From Candidatus Sumerlaeaceae bacterium (GTDB lineage Bacteria > Sumerlaeota > Sumerlaeia > Sumerlaeales > Sumerlaeaceae): a stretch of 64,000 nucleotides of DNA. Positions 10,572 to 20,447 of the stretch are shown piece by piece (within the stretch, counting starts at the first letter, position 1; the number at the start of each line of letters is the position of its first letter). The position numbers and the translations under genes were made by a program. The notes under the pieces are model-generated. The model was not told the DNA's origin. It saw nothing but the letters and a program-made list of their open reading frames with translations, and did no database searches. The stretch spans positions 32,001 to 96,000 of the forward strand of contig JBPCLP010000039.1 of assembly GCA_051003195.1 (NCBI GenBank), written 5' to 3'.

Positions 10572-11987
10572 ATGCACCTGAAATGTCCGCGATGTCGTAC
10601 CCAGTTTGAGGGAAGTCCCGACGAGACGGGCCACGTGATTTGCTTGAGTTGCAACGCGCGTTTGCGCTTGCGCCCGCGCGATTCCAGCTCGGCCGCTGGC
10701 GCTACCAAGGAAGCACCCGCGAACGGGTCTTCGGCTAAGCCGGCGGACAGCGCAGCGACTAAACCCCCGCCGGACAAATCGAAAGACAAAGACAAAGACA
10801 AAGATAAGGACGTAACGCTGCCGCCGGGCACAAAGCTAGGTGGGTTCGAGATACGGCGAGTGCTCGGACGCGGCGGTATGGCAACAGTGTACAAGGCGGT
10901 GCAGCTGTCGCTGAATCGACCGGTTGCGGTAAAGCTTCTGGCCCCAAGGTTTGCGAGCAATCCAGTTTTCGTTGAGCGGTTTGACCGCGAAGCCGGCGCG
11001 CTCGCCACTTTGAATCACCCGAACATTGTGAACATCATCGATAAAGGTGCGGAAGAGGGCAAGCACTTCTATTTCGTCATGGAGTACGTGGAGGGAATTA
11101 CCCTCGACCAGCTCATGCATGCCGTGGACCTCACCGAGCGTCATTACACGCACCTGATTACCGAGATCAGTAAGGCTCTGACTTATGTGCACGGGCGGGG
11201 GATTATCCACCGCGACATCAAGCCGAGCAATATCCTGGTGGACAAGCCAGGTAACGTGAAGGTCTCCGACTTCGGCATTGCGCACATCGCCGAAGGTGAC
11301 GCACCCGCAGAACGTTTCGGGCGAAACGCCACCGTGGGAACAACGAACTACATGGCCCCGGAACAGGCGGCCAATCCAGGCGCGGTTGATGTCCGCGCGG
11401 ACATTTACTCGCTTGGCGTCACGTTTTACAAAATGTTTACCAGGCAGCTTCCCGTGGGTGAGTGGAAACCGCCGACCCTGCTCAACCCCAACCTTCCACG
11501 CACAGTCGACACCGTCCTTGCACGTGCGGTTCAGCCGGATCCTGCCGATCGCTACTCGACGGTGAAGGAGTTTTGTGACGACCTCGTGGCTCTGTTTGCG
11601 GCGGCCGGATCGAACTCGGCTTCGGGAGTGGATGTTGTCGCCGCGCTGGCGCCCGGCGGCGTCGGCGCTTTTTCGTTCGGGTCGACTCTTAGCCCATCGC
11701 AGTCCGGCACCGCATACGCCATTCAGGATTCCACCGACGCGTCCGCCACTGGCTCCGGCTTTCGCACAGGCGGGTCGCTGAGCGAATCCAGCTTCAATTC
11801 ACCTACCATGGGCAACACGAGTATGCTGCGCGGAATTATGGGAGCACCCCCTCCGAACGCGCCGCCTCCGATTGAAGAAGAGGAACCGCCGAGCAAAAAG
11901 AAGATGTACCTGTGGATTGCCGCCGCTGCGGTGACTGTCATTGGCCTGGTCGCATTCGGCCTGGTCTGGTATCTGTATTTTAGCTGA
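10572..11987 (+). CDS. Hanks-type Ser/Thr protein kinase with N-terminal zinc ribbon and C-terminal TM anchor
   Basis: LGRGGMATVY, VAVK, HRDIKPSN, SDFGIA, GTTNYMAPE, DIYSLG; CPRC...CLSC at N-terminus; hydrophobic C-terminal helix. Confidence 0.95.
   Translation: MHLKCPRCRTQFEGSPDETGHVICLSCNARLRLRPRDSSSAAGATKEAPANGSSAKPADSAATKPPPDKSKDKDKDKDKDVTLPPGTKLGGFEIRRVLGRGGMATVYKAVQLSLNRPVAVKLLAPRFASNPVFVERFDREAGALATLNHPNIVNIIDKGAEEGKHFYFVMEYVEGITLDQLMHAVDLTERHYTHLITEISKALTYVHGRGIIHRDIKPSNILVDKPGNVKVSDFGIAHIAEGDAPAERFGRNATVGTTNYMAPEQAANPGAVDVRADIYSLGVTFYKMFTRQLPVGEWKPPTLLNPNLPRTVDTVLARAVQPDPADRYSTVKEFCDDLVALFAAAGSNSASGVDVVAALAPGGVGAFSFGSTLSPSQSGTAYAIQDSTDASATGSGFRTGGSLSESSFNSPTMGNTSMLRGIMGAPPPNAPPPIEEEEPPSKKKMYLWIAAAAVTVIGLVAFGLVWYLYFS
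10782..10811 (+). repeat. In-frame hexamer tandem repeat (AAAGAC)n encoding KDKDKDKDKD
   Basis: AAAGAC x3, AAAGAT, AAGGAC. Confidence 0.85.
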
Positions 11988-12032
11988 CCACCAGTTCAGA
12001 AGTTCCTGTCCAGTTTGAGCGCGGAAGATGTG

Positions 12033-12079
12033 CTCAGTTCGGCACACAAAACCGAATACGAATTAACGGTAGACCACAC
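12033..12079. repeat. 47-bp dispersed repeat, copy 1
   Basis: CTCAGTTCGGCACACAAAACCGAATACGAATTAACGGTAGACCACAC; 42/47 identical to 26189-26235. Confidence 0.85.
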
Positions 12080-12093
12080 CAGCCAACCCACCG

Positions 12094-13263
12094 TTAAGTA
12101 GGGCCCTGCGGCAACGCTTCGCTGCTTTCGGCCGGCTTCGGGGTGGCTGCGGGTTCTGGCGCAGGCATGATCGATTCCAGCCAGATGCGAATGCCGCTAA
12201 TATCCAGCGACACAACAACCGGTGTGCCACGCGTGCGGACATCCTGCTTTATTTCAAAGGGGCTGCCTTCACGTTTCCCCGCAAACTGCGGAAGTATCAG
12301 CTTGGCGCCCGCCGCAAATTTCGCCGAGTGGTCCGCCTGCCGGAAGTAAAAAGTGATCTCAACCTTCGCACGATCCGCCGATACAAGGTCACCTGAAAAC
12401 TTGAGGGCCTGCACGTCGTCATAGCTCATCTTGTTGGACGCCAGGGCTTCCTGCAGCTTTGCACCCAGGCCTGGTGTCTGCATCGCGTTTTCGGTTAGTT
12501 TGATCAGGTTCTCCAGCCTGCCCGGCTGGTTTATGATCATGAGGGCGATGTCTTCAGCCGCGGGAGGCTTGTCGAGAGTCAGCTCTTCCAACCGCTCCTG
12601 CAGCTTCTCTTCGGGCTCAACGTCCCGTGCCGGATCGCTCCTGTAGTCGAGTGACCGATTCAGCATCGGGAGGTCGTCGCTATACACAAACTCGCTCTGC
12701 GATACCGCCATTACCGATGTTGATGTTTCTGAGGTAACTTTGCCCAGCGGGTATATGTCGCTGTCGCCTTTGTGATCCTGGGGCTGCGCATAATGGGACG
12801 TCAGGAATTTCCGCAGCAACACAAACGACAGCTTGTTTCGCAGTGGCACCACGGTAAGCAGTGATTCCTGGCGGGCATCGGGATTATACGCCAGGTAAAC
12901 CGGGCAGTCGGTCTGTACGAGGCTGGTGATGAATTGCCTGAGCACTTTCAAAAAGCCGGACATGAGCTTTGCATCACCCTCGGAGAGGCCTTCAAGCTGC
13001 GCCCGCTCCGCCCGCTTGAAAAGGAATTTCAGCAGTTCACTCTCGCCCTGGTCATTCGAACGGATTCGAATCACACCAAATCCATTAACCGAGGAGTCGA
13101 ACATGGCATTTTTAGGGTAAGTCGGTGCCGGGCGTAAAATGCCGTACAGCATCACAGTGCCCACGATGACCAGCAGGAAGAGAACTGCGACGCAGCCGCA
13201 GGTGCAGCCCCAGCGGCGGCGCTTGCGAGTAGATTCATGGGCAGGAAAAGCATCGGCGCTCAT
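12094..13263 (-). CDS. Hypothetical membrane-anchored protein
   Basis: Long ORF; likely ATG at 13263 (MSADAFP); RKRRRWGCTCGC followed by TM helix and a large soluble domain. Confidence 0.7.
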   Translation of the reverse strand: MSADAFPAHESTRKRRRWGCTCGCVAVLFLLVIVGTVMLYGILRPAPTYPKNAMFDSSVNGFGVIRIRSNDQGESELLKFLFKRAERAQLEGLSEGDAKLMSGFLKVLRQFITSLVQTDCPVYLAYNPDARQESLLTVVPLRNKLSFVLLRKFLTSHYAQPQDHKGDSDIYPLGKVTSETSTSVMAVSQSEFVYSDDLPMLNRSLDYRSDPARDVEPEEKLQERLEELTLDKPPAAEDIALMIINQPGRLENLIKLTENAMQTPGLGAKLQEALASNKMSYDDVQALKFSGDLVSADRAKVEITFYFRQADHSAKFAAGAKLILPQFAGKREGSPFEIKQDVRTRGTPVVVSLDISGIRIWLESIMPAPEPAATPKPAESSEALPQGPT

Positions 13264-13467
13264 GGTAGGCGGGATACTCAAAGCCGCCAGTTGCCAGTAA
13301 AGAGGAAACGGCACGCAGAAGCAATTAGAATGAAAACGATGAATTCCCGATCGATGAGAGCCGATTACTAATGATTGCAGGTTCGCGATGGTTGTTCCGG
13401 CCTGCGAAAGATGCCTCTTAAGCAAGTGCCGGATCTAAACGCCAGCGAACAAAGACCCTGGAGTGTA

Positions 13468-15156
13468 ATGCGCACGCGTCTCGTGGAACAGCGACCGACT
13501 CTGCCCTATCTGCTCGGAGTTATCCTGGCCTTCACCTGCATTGCCGCGAGCCGGTGCGTGTGGTTCACAGAGATGGACTTTTTTATGCACCACCGGGTGG
13601 GACGATGGATATGGGAGCATCGCGCCGTGCCACACCAGGATTATTTCTGTTTCATGACACTCGGCAACCCGTGGATCGCGTACGAGTGGCTGTTCGAACT
13701 TATGCAGTACCTCGTGCAGCATTGGTTGGGTTGGAGCGCACTGGCCATCATCCGGGTCCTTGCTGCCACACTTACTTACGTTCTTGTGTGGCGCACAGCA
13801 CGGCTGCTCGGTGTCGGTCGCGCCTTCTCGCTCGTTGCCCCGGTCGTAGCCGCGGCATTCGGCATGGTGAACATCGAATTTCGCCCGCATGCCGCAACCA
13901 ATCTCCTGTTCGCCGCCGGTATGTACCTGGTGATTCGGAGCATGGTCACTGGCAAAGCGCGCCACTTGCTGTTTCTTCCCCCGATGCTGGCGCTGTGGGC
14001 AAATATGCACGGGGGTTTTGTGGCGTTTCTTGCATCCGCAGGCCTGATGTTCGGGGGCGAGGCGGCCCGCCGATGGTGGTCCGTGCCGGATCCCGTGTAC
14101 CCGGCCCCCTCACGCCGGTTGCTGCTGCGTTGTTTTGGCGCGCTGGCGCTCGCGGTAATGATGACCGGCGTCACACCTTACCTTTGGCGCGTATGGGAAG
14201 TTCCGTTGCGGATTCTTTCGCACAAAGAGATGTCGGGCGTCCTGGAATGGCAGGCAATCCGCCTCGATCGACACCTGCCTTTCGTATTTTTCGTCGCGCT
14301 GACGCTTGCGCTCGCTTTGGCGAATTGGCGCCGCTTGCATCCTGGGCATGCCCTGCTATTGGCAGCATGGGCGATTCTCAGTTGTACCGCGCAACGTCAC
14401 ACCGGCCTGTTCGCGATTGTTGCGGCGCCGCTGGCTTGCATGTACGCGGAAAGCGTAGCGCAGAGGATCGCTCCGGCGGCTCGGCTCCGAACGGGCGGGT
14501 TGCTTGCAGCGCTTCTTGTCGTGATCGCGCTTGGGCAGGCCTGGATCTATAACCGCGTAGACGGTTACCCGATTCCCAAATCGCTCGGGCTTGGAATGCA
14601 TCCCACAGCGACAGCTCGCAAAGCCTGCGAGTTCATACGACGCGAGCATCTACCGGTACAACTGTATAACGACTATAACCTCGCAGGATACCTGATCTAC
14701 TGGCTCCATCCCGATTACCTGGTTTTCCAGGACAGCCGACTGGAAGTCGTGGGCGAGAAGTTATTCCGGCTGGGCCAGCATGTCGAAGGCGGAGCGTTTC
14801 CGTTGTGGCGCGAGACTCTTGATAAGCACGGCATCAACACCCTGGTTGTGTCTTATGAGTCGGGAGACAAACCCGACAGCCTTGTGGCGCAGCTCGATGC
14901 GTCTGCGGATTTCGCACTGGTTTACTGGGACGACCAATGCCTGGTGTATCTGCGAAAGCTGGCCGTCGCAAACGAGCTGGTGGAGCGACTGGCGTATCGG
15001 GCCGTGAAGCCGGGCCAACCTACATTTCGCGGGCCCCAGGACGTTGCCGGCATGCAGGCTGCACTTGCGGAGGTGCGACGGAAACGACACGAAGACCCGG
15101 CGTGTCGCTGGGCCGCACGTCTGGAAGGGTACTATGTAAACCGGCCGGGGATGTAA
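13468..15156 (+). CDS. Multi-pass membrane protein, putative GT-C-like glycosyltransferase family
   Basis: Many TM segments; DFFMHHRVGRWI...P..D.F...W...EWL, FRP, LWANMHGGF, YNDYNLAGYLIY...VFQDSR motifs of a widespread uncharacterised family; start uncertain (13375-13468). Confidence 0.6.
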   Translation: MRTRLVEQRPTLPYLLGVILAFTCIAASRCVWFTEMDFFMHHRVGRWIWEHRAVPHQDYFCFMTLGNPWIAYEWLFELMQYLVQHWLGWSALAIIRVLAATLTYVLVWRTARLLGVGRAFSLVAPVVAAAFGMVNIEFRPHAATNLLFAAGMYLVIRSMVTGKARHLLFLPPMLALWANMHGGFVAFLASAGLMFGGEAARRWWSVPDPVYPAPSRRLLLRCFGALALAVMMTGVTPYLWRVWEVPLRILSHKEMSGVLEWQAIRLDRHLPFVFFVALTLALALANWRRLHPGHALLLAAWAILSCTAQRHTGLFAIVAAPLACMYAESVAQRIAPAARLRTGGLLAALLVVIALGQAWIYNRVDGYPIPKSLGLGMHPTATARKACEFIRREHLPVQLYNDYNLAGYLIYWLHPDYLVFQDSRLEVVGEKLFRLGQHVEGGAFPLWRETLDKHGINTLVVSYESGDKPDSLVAQLDASADFALVYWDDQCLVYLRKLAVANELVERLAYRAVKPGQPTFRGPQDVAGMQAALAEVRRKRHEDPACRWAARLEGYYVNRPGM

Positions 15157-15191
15157 GGCTGCTCAAGGTTTTCAAAGCCCTCTCAGAGGCG

Positions 15192-16262
15192 CTATCGCCT
15201 TGGCAATCGCTCTTCTACTTTCGGCAGTTCGGGAAATGTTCCGTGCGGTTCGACCTGGTACCAGAACCCCACGCTCGACCAGTCGTCGAAGCGATTGTTG
15301 TCGTGGCCATGTTCAATCGTAACCCGAATAGACTTTGTAAACGTGACGGGACTTTCGAGGTGGAAGCGGTAGGCAGTCCATTCCCCACCCCAGTCGGTTG
15401 TATTTCCTGCCAGCGAGATGCCATGGAACAGGCCGTCGTATTTTCCTGAAGGAAACCCCCACGCGGCGCACACGTAGTCTTCGGTTCCAGTGCCGTGCAG
15501 CGCAGGCGGCCACTTTTCGCCATCGACAAAAATCATGTCGTCGCCTTCACCGAACCACGAGTGGACGATATCGTTGAACATCACGTTGCGGATGGAAAGC
15601 ACTGTTCCCACGTAGTGGCCGCGTCCCTCCGCTTCGAAGACCACGTAGTTTTCGGCACCGGTGGTATTCTTCTGGTCGACGAATGTGCTGTGCGCGTTCA
15701 TGTGCCAGGTTTCATAACCCTTGGTCGGCTTCTCCTGGCGATACTGGGCGTGCAGGTACGCGGTGTCATCCGCAAGCTTGTCATGCTCTTCATAGTCGAT
15801 GTAGTAATAAAAGCTCTGCACGGCCTCCGAGCTCTCGTTTACCAGTTCAAATCGAGCGGCTTTGCGAAACGGCATGGGGAAGAAGCAGTTCATCGCTGCG
15901 CGATTGGACTCCTGGGTTGATCCGCCGGTGACCTGGTTCAGCGGAAGCGATTGAAAGGGGGATACCTTCGCATGGCCGACGCCGAAAAAGTCGCCGAGAG
16001 GTGCCTCGATGCTTGGTGTTTTCTCGTTATCCCAGAACACACGCAGCACGAGTGTGCGCGGATAGTTCACGTCCTTGCAGTGCGTTGTGCACCAGATGTG
16101 CTTCACAATGCCTGCGCCTTTGATGTCGGCAAGAGTGACGCTCTGGCCCGGATCGAGAACAACCCAGTCGTGGTTGCCGCCGCTGCGGTCGTAACTGGAT
16201 ACGCGTCGGCTGCGGTACGTACGTAAGCGCGGCAACGATGCCAGAAGGTCTTCAGGGTTCAT
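15192..16262 (-). CDS. DUF2961 / glycoside hydrolase family 172 protein
   Basis: SSYDRSGGNHD, PSIEAPLGDFFG, NCFFPMPF, WFGEGDDMIFVDGE, HGTGTEDY, YRFH. Confidence 0.9.
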   Translation of the reverse strand: MNPEDLLASLPRLRTYRSRRVSSYDRSGGNHDWVVLDPGQSVTLADIKGAGIVKHIWCTTHCKDVNYPRTLVLRVFWDNEKTPSIEAPLGDFFGVGHAKVSPFQSLPLNQVTGGSTQESNRAAMNCFFPMPFRKAARFELVNESSEAVQSFYYYIDYEEHDKLADDTAYLHAQYRQEKPTKGYETWHMNAHSTFVDQKNTTGAENYVVFEAEGRGHYVGTVLSIRNVMFNDIVHSWFGEGDDMIFVDGEKWPPALHGTGTEDYVCAAWGFPSGKYDGLFHGISLAGNTTDWGGEWTAYRFHLESPVTFTKSIRVTIEHGHDNNRFDDWSSVGFWYQVEPHGTFPELPKVEERLPRR

Positions 16263-16342
16263 GAGATACCTGTATGAATAGAATGTGTTGCAGACGTGCC
16301 ACCGGGATCATGCAGGGCAAGCGCAATGCGACCGCCGTTACT

Positions 16343-17566
16343 TCAGCGAACACTCGTCAGCAGCATTCCCTGCCCGGCAGCGAGCCATACGTTTTCACCA
16401 GCCCATGGCTGTACCGCACCCGAATACGCGCTCACCATTTCCACGGCACCCGGCGACTTGAATGCCACACCAAAAGACGTAGACTTATGCAGGTCGCAAT
16501 TAACGACCATCGCATACACACGCCCTTCCCCCTCGAACTCTCCCACGAGAAACTGTCCGCCGGTAACGTCGGACACGTACTTTGATGTGGCGATTCCATT
16601 GCAGCCCTCCGGCACCTTGGGATGATGGAAGACATTTACGCTCTTCAATTTGACCAGGGTTGGCGCAAGCTGGTGGATCTGCAGGTTTACATTTCGCAGC
16701 ATGTCCCACGTCGCGGTGCGGTGGCCAAATTGATCGATGGGCGCGAGGCGGTAATTACCCGTGGCCGGCGCGAAGTAGGTAAAGTAACTGATGCCTCGCG
16801 CGCCGTAGGCCATCGTCGTGTAAGCCTGGAATCGCAGCCCGCCCGGCGAAGGTTCTGCATAGTTAAAATGCGCGTTGGAGAGAACGATGTTCCAGAAGGG
16901 CAGGTTGTGGCGAACGGCTGAAGCACGAACAGCTTCGAGGTTCTGGAAGTAGCCAGGCCGCAGGGAACCATCGTCCACCAGCGAGTAGTTGTCATAGCTC
17001 AGGAAACTCGGTTTTGTCTCGGAAACGAAACTTTCCAGGTACTCCTCGTATGTTGGACGCCCCAATTGTCCGGCTGAAGCATAGTTGGGAAACAGGTTGA
17101 TGTAAGGAAGCGCCTTGGGAGCGGCTTTACGGATCTCCGCAGCCCATCTGCCCAGGGCGGGATATAAGTCCGCCTTCGGTTCGTCGCGCAGATAGTAGCC
17201 GTAGGTTGCGGCATGATCCTTCGTACGCGCAGTGAGCGCCGTGGTTCGGGATGTGATTTCTTCCTCAGTTAATCCCGCCATGCCGTCCCCTACATGGATG
17301 GAGTCATCGATCACGATCGCCTTCAGGCCGGCGGCATGAACCGCGTCGAGCTTTTCAGGGTGCACGAATCCGGCCAGGTTGAACCCGCACTCCCGGATCT
17401 CGCGGTATGTCGACACTTCACCGTGGGTTGTTCCCCAGGGCAGAATCGCGAATTCTTCGGGCGTGACACGTTTGCCGCTGCCGCTATTCTGTACGGTCTG
17501 CGCTGAGGCTGCGGAAACAATGCATGCCGCAATGCATACCAACCCTGTTTTTTGGAAACCTGCCAT
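16343..17566 (-). CDS. Secreted putative glycoside hydrolase (TIM-barrel, clan GH-A-like)
   Basis: Signal peptide; GYYLRDEP, YINLFP, LSYDNY, AYGARGISYFTY. Confidence 0.6.
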   Translation of the reverse strand: MAGFQKTGLVCIAACIVSAASAQTVQNSGSGKRVTPEEFAILPWGTTHGEVSTYREIRECGFNLAGFVHPEKLDAVHAAGLKAIVIDDSIHVGDGMAGLTEEEITSRTTALTARTKDHAATYGYYLRDEPKADLYPALGRWAAEIRKAAPKALPYINLFPNYASAGQLGRPTYEEYLESFVSETKPSFLSYDNYSLVDDGSLRPGYFQNLEAVRASAVRHNLPFWNIVLSNAHFNYAEPSPGGLRFQAYTTMAYGARGISYFTYFAPATGNYRLAPIDQFGHRTATWDMLRNVNLQIHQLAPTLVKLKSVNVFHHPKVPEGCNGIATSKYVSDVTGGQFLVGEFEGEGRVYAMVVNCDLHKSTSFGVAFKSPGAVEMVSAYSGAVQPWAGENVWLAAGQGMLLTSVR

Positions 17567-17705
17567 TGGAACCTCCCATGGTGCAAAGCTGGTCTAACTT
17601 CTGTTTTCATAGTCCTTCAAGGTGTGCCATGCCTCTTCAGGCCTTAAACCTGCTTTTACAGGGCAAAACACACGGATCGCTATATAACACTTAAACAGGT
17701 GCTAC

Positions 17706-20366
17706 ATGTCCCGTTTATTGAAAAAGCAAGGCTTACTACTTAAAATATCTCAAACTGCAATATTGGGCTTAGCGCTCGTGGCAGGGAGCACGCTCCAGGC
17801 TGCACCCCAGGCTACATTGTTGCAGGAGTACCTTGATCCCGTCCAGCAGAACGCCGCGGAGTTCGGATTCTCAGTTGCGGGTTATGGAAACCAGCCACTC
17901 GTGGGCAGCCCAGGCACAAACGCAGGGGGTGCGGCGTACCTTTACGATGCGGGACTCTCTGCCACCCCGGTTAAGACGCTGCTTCCGCCGGGCTCTTTTA
18001 TCGCGAATGATTTTGGCCGTGCTGTCGCGAGTTCCAATTTTCAAATTCTGATTGCCGACCCTGCCGCGGGTCCGCTGTCGGGCAGCGGGGGAGTTACCAC
18101 CGGTCCACTCGATGCAACACCTTATAATTTTCGCGGAGTCGTGGTGCATTACCTTAACTCGCTCGATACTTCACCCCGTGTTCTCGTAAACCCCCTGGTT
18201 GGCCCGGTTACTGGCTTTGGAAACGCGCTCGCGTTCGGTCACGGTGGCCAGTTCGCGGTCGGCGATCCATTTTTAACGACGGCATCGCTATCGCAATCAG
18301 GCCGAGCGTACTTGTACAATAGCCAGAATACTTCCCCGACGGCGATTATTGAGAATCCCGTACCTGCATCACAGGCGCGTTACGGTAAATCACTGGCCTT
18401 CTACAGTGATGGACCGGCTGTCGCGTTTCCGCCGGATACCGAGACGAGTTACCAGGGCGCGCTTGTCGTAGGTGCCCCCGGGCTCGATGCGGTGTTTCAA
18501 TATAACCCCGAGACTGGCGATTTGCTGAGCATTATCGAGAGTCCGAACACCTCCCACGAGAGCTTCGGTTTCTCGATGACCACGGTGGATCAGCGGCTGA
18601 TCGTCGGTGCACCGGAAGCTGGGAACCTGGCCGGCAGGGTTTATATTTTCGACCGGTTCAGCGGAACACTTCTGCGTACGATTTTCAATCCAAACTCCGC
18701 GACTGAGCGCTTCTTCGGTTATTCCCTCGCCATGATCGGCAGCACGCAGCTCGCAGTCGGCATAGAGCCAAGAGGCACGGGGCCGGCAAAGGTGCGTGTA
18801 TTTAACATCAACACCGGTGCAGCGGTTGCCGAACTGACGTCACCCCATACACTACGCACTAAGTACGGCACCGCCGTCGCAGCCGTGGGCGGTAATGTTC
18901 TCGTTGGCGATCCTGCAGGCGCCAAGGATGCACCATCCGGCGTTCCGGGTCGAGCATACCTGTTCAGCCTTGCCGGCGACAGCACCGTTGCGCCAGATGC
19001 TCCTTTAAATCTCACTGCAAGCCCGGTGAACTCCACCTCGATTTTTCTCACGTACCAGGACAACAGTTTGAACGAGACTGGATTTACACTTGAGCGGCGG
19101 ACCGGCGCCGTCGGCGCCTTCAGTCCGGTTGCGACGCTCCCGGCAAACAGCAGCAGTTACACAGACAATAACCTGACACCGGCCACTGAGTACTGGTACC
19201 GGCTCCAGGCATTTAACCTCGCGGGGGCCAGTCCGTACTCAAACGAAACGAGTGCAACGACGCCAAGTACTCCGCCGCCGGATCTGGTTGGCCAGATTCC
19301 GAATCCCGGTGGCATTGGTGACCTGTTTGGCTTCTCGATTTCGAAAGTCGGAAAAGCGCGTTTCGCCGTTGGCGCGCCCGGAGTGGATGCGAACGCTGTC
19401 GCAAACGCCGGACGTGTGTACGTGTTTACGCCGCCGTCACTCGCGCCGACGCTTGTCCTCAATAATCCAAATCCGCTGCCGAACGATCAATTCGGTTACT
19501 CAGTGGGTGCCGTCGGTGAGAACATTTTGGTGGGTGCGCCTGGTAATCAGAACACAGTCAATGGAGGCACAGCTTACCTGTTCAGCGGGATCGACGGGCA
19601 GGTGTTATTCACGTATCACCATCCCGCTGCATCGGCCGGGCGGCAATTTGGTTACTCGGTTGCCGGTTACGGCAAAAAGCGGGCGCTGATTGGTGCTCCC
19701 GGGGGCGGCCCGCTTTCGCTTCCTGGTTCGGCTCACCTGTTTGATGCAAAGAAGACCGCTGCGTTGCTTCGCAGCTTCGATAGTGCTACGTCCTCACCCG
19801 GTGATCGTTTTGGCGACTCGGTTGCCGCTGCCAAAGGCCGTGCTGCAATAGTTTCGAAAGACCCGCCTGGGCAACCTTGCACAAACACCAGCATCGAAGT
19901 CTTCACGCTCAAGACTGGTGCACTCGTCGGGACGCGGGGTGATGCGGGTGTTGTCACTGAAGCGAAGGGGAAATTTTTAGTGGGAGCTCCGTTTATTGGA
20001 TGCGCAACGGGCGATCCCTATTCGTACCTCCTTAGCGGCACAACGTTAAAACTACTCTATCTAAACCCGACATCGCAACCCGACGGCTTTGGACTGGGTG
20101 TTGGCGGCGGCAAGAAGTTCAATGCCATCGGCGCCGCATTGTTTGACAGCAACAGCGCACTCGATGCCGGACGTGCTTACCTGTTCAAATCGAAGCTGCA
20201 GGCCCCACTCCGTACCTATGAGAATCCGTCCCCCAATGCAGGCGATCAATTCGGTTACGCGCTGGCGCTTCCCGGAAAATTGTTCCTCGTGATCGGTTCA
20301 CCGTACGACGACGGTTCAGGTTTGGATGCAGGTGCCGTCTACCTCTACAGTGTGCCCAGGAGGTAG
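17706..20366 (+). CDS. Secreted FG-GAP repeat protein with central fibronectin type III domain
   Basis: Many FG.S...VGAP...GRVY repeats; APDAPLNLTAS...DNSLNETGFTLER...YTDNNLTPATEYWYRLQAFN Fn3. Confidence 0.9.
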   Translation: MSRLLKKQGLLLKISQTAILGLALVAGSTLQAAPQATLLQEYLDPVQQNAAEFGFSVAGYGNQPLVGSPGTNAGGAAYLYDAGLSATPVKTLLPPGSFIANDFGRAVASSNFQILIADPAAGPLSGSGGVTTGPLDATPYNFRGVVVHYLNSLDTSPRVLVNPLVGPVTGFGNALAFGHGGQFAVGDPFLTTASLSQSGRAYLYNSQNTSPTAIIENPVPASQARYGKSLAFYSDGPAVAFPPDTETSYQGALVVGAPGLDAVFQYNPETGDLLSIIESPNTSHESFGFSMTTVDQRLIVGAPEAGNLAGRVYIFDRFSGTLLRTIFNPNSATERFFGYSLAMIGSTQLAVGIEPRGTGPAKVRVFNINTGAAVAELTSPHTLRTKYGTAVAAVGGNVLVGDPAGAKDAPSGVPGRAYLFSLAGDSTVAPDAPLNLTASPVNSTSIFLTYQDNSLNETGFTLERRTGAVGAFSPVATLPANSSSYTDNNLTPATEYWYRLQAFNLAGASPYSNETSATTPSTPPPDLVGQIPNPGGIGDLFGFSISKVGKARFAVGAPGVDANAVANAGRVYVFTPPSLAPTLVLNNPNPLPNDQFGYSVGAVGENILVGAPGNQNTVNGGTAYLFSGIDGQVLFTYHHPAASAGRQFGYSVAGYGKKRALIGAPGGGPLSLPGSAHLFDAKKTAALLRSFDSATSSPGDRFGDSVAAAKGRAAIVSKDPPGQPCTNTSIEVFTLKTGALVGTRGDAGVVTEAKGKFLVGAPFIGCATGDPYSYLLSGTTLKLLYLNPTSQPDGFGLGVGGGKKFNAIGAALFDSNSALDAGRAYLFKSKLQAPLRTYENPSPNAGDQFGYALALPGKLFLVIGSPYDDGSGLDAGAVYLYSVPRR

Positions 20367-20447
20367 CTGTAGAAAACGTGTTTGTCGGGCAGCATTCGAA
20401 CCTCCCTTTTCTTTTGCATCGCCCGCGTGGTTGATCCGCTCTCGCGC

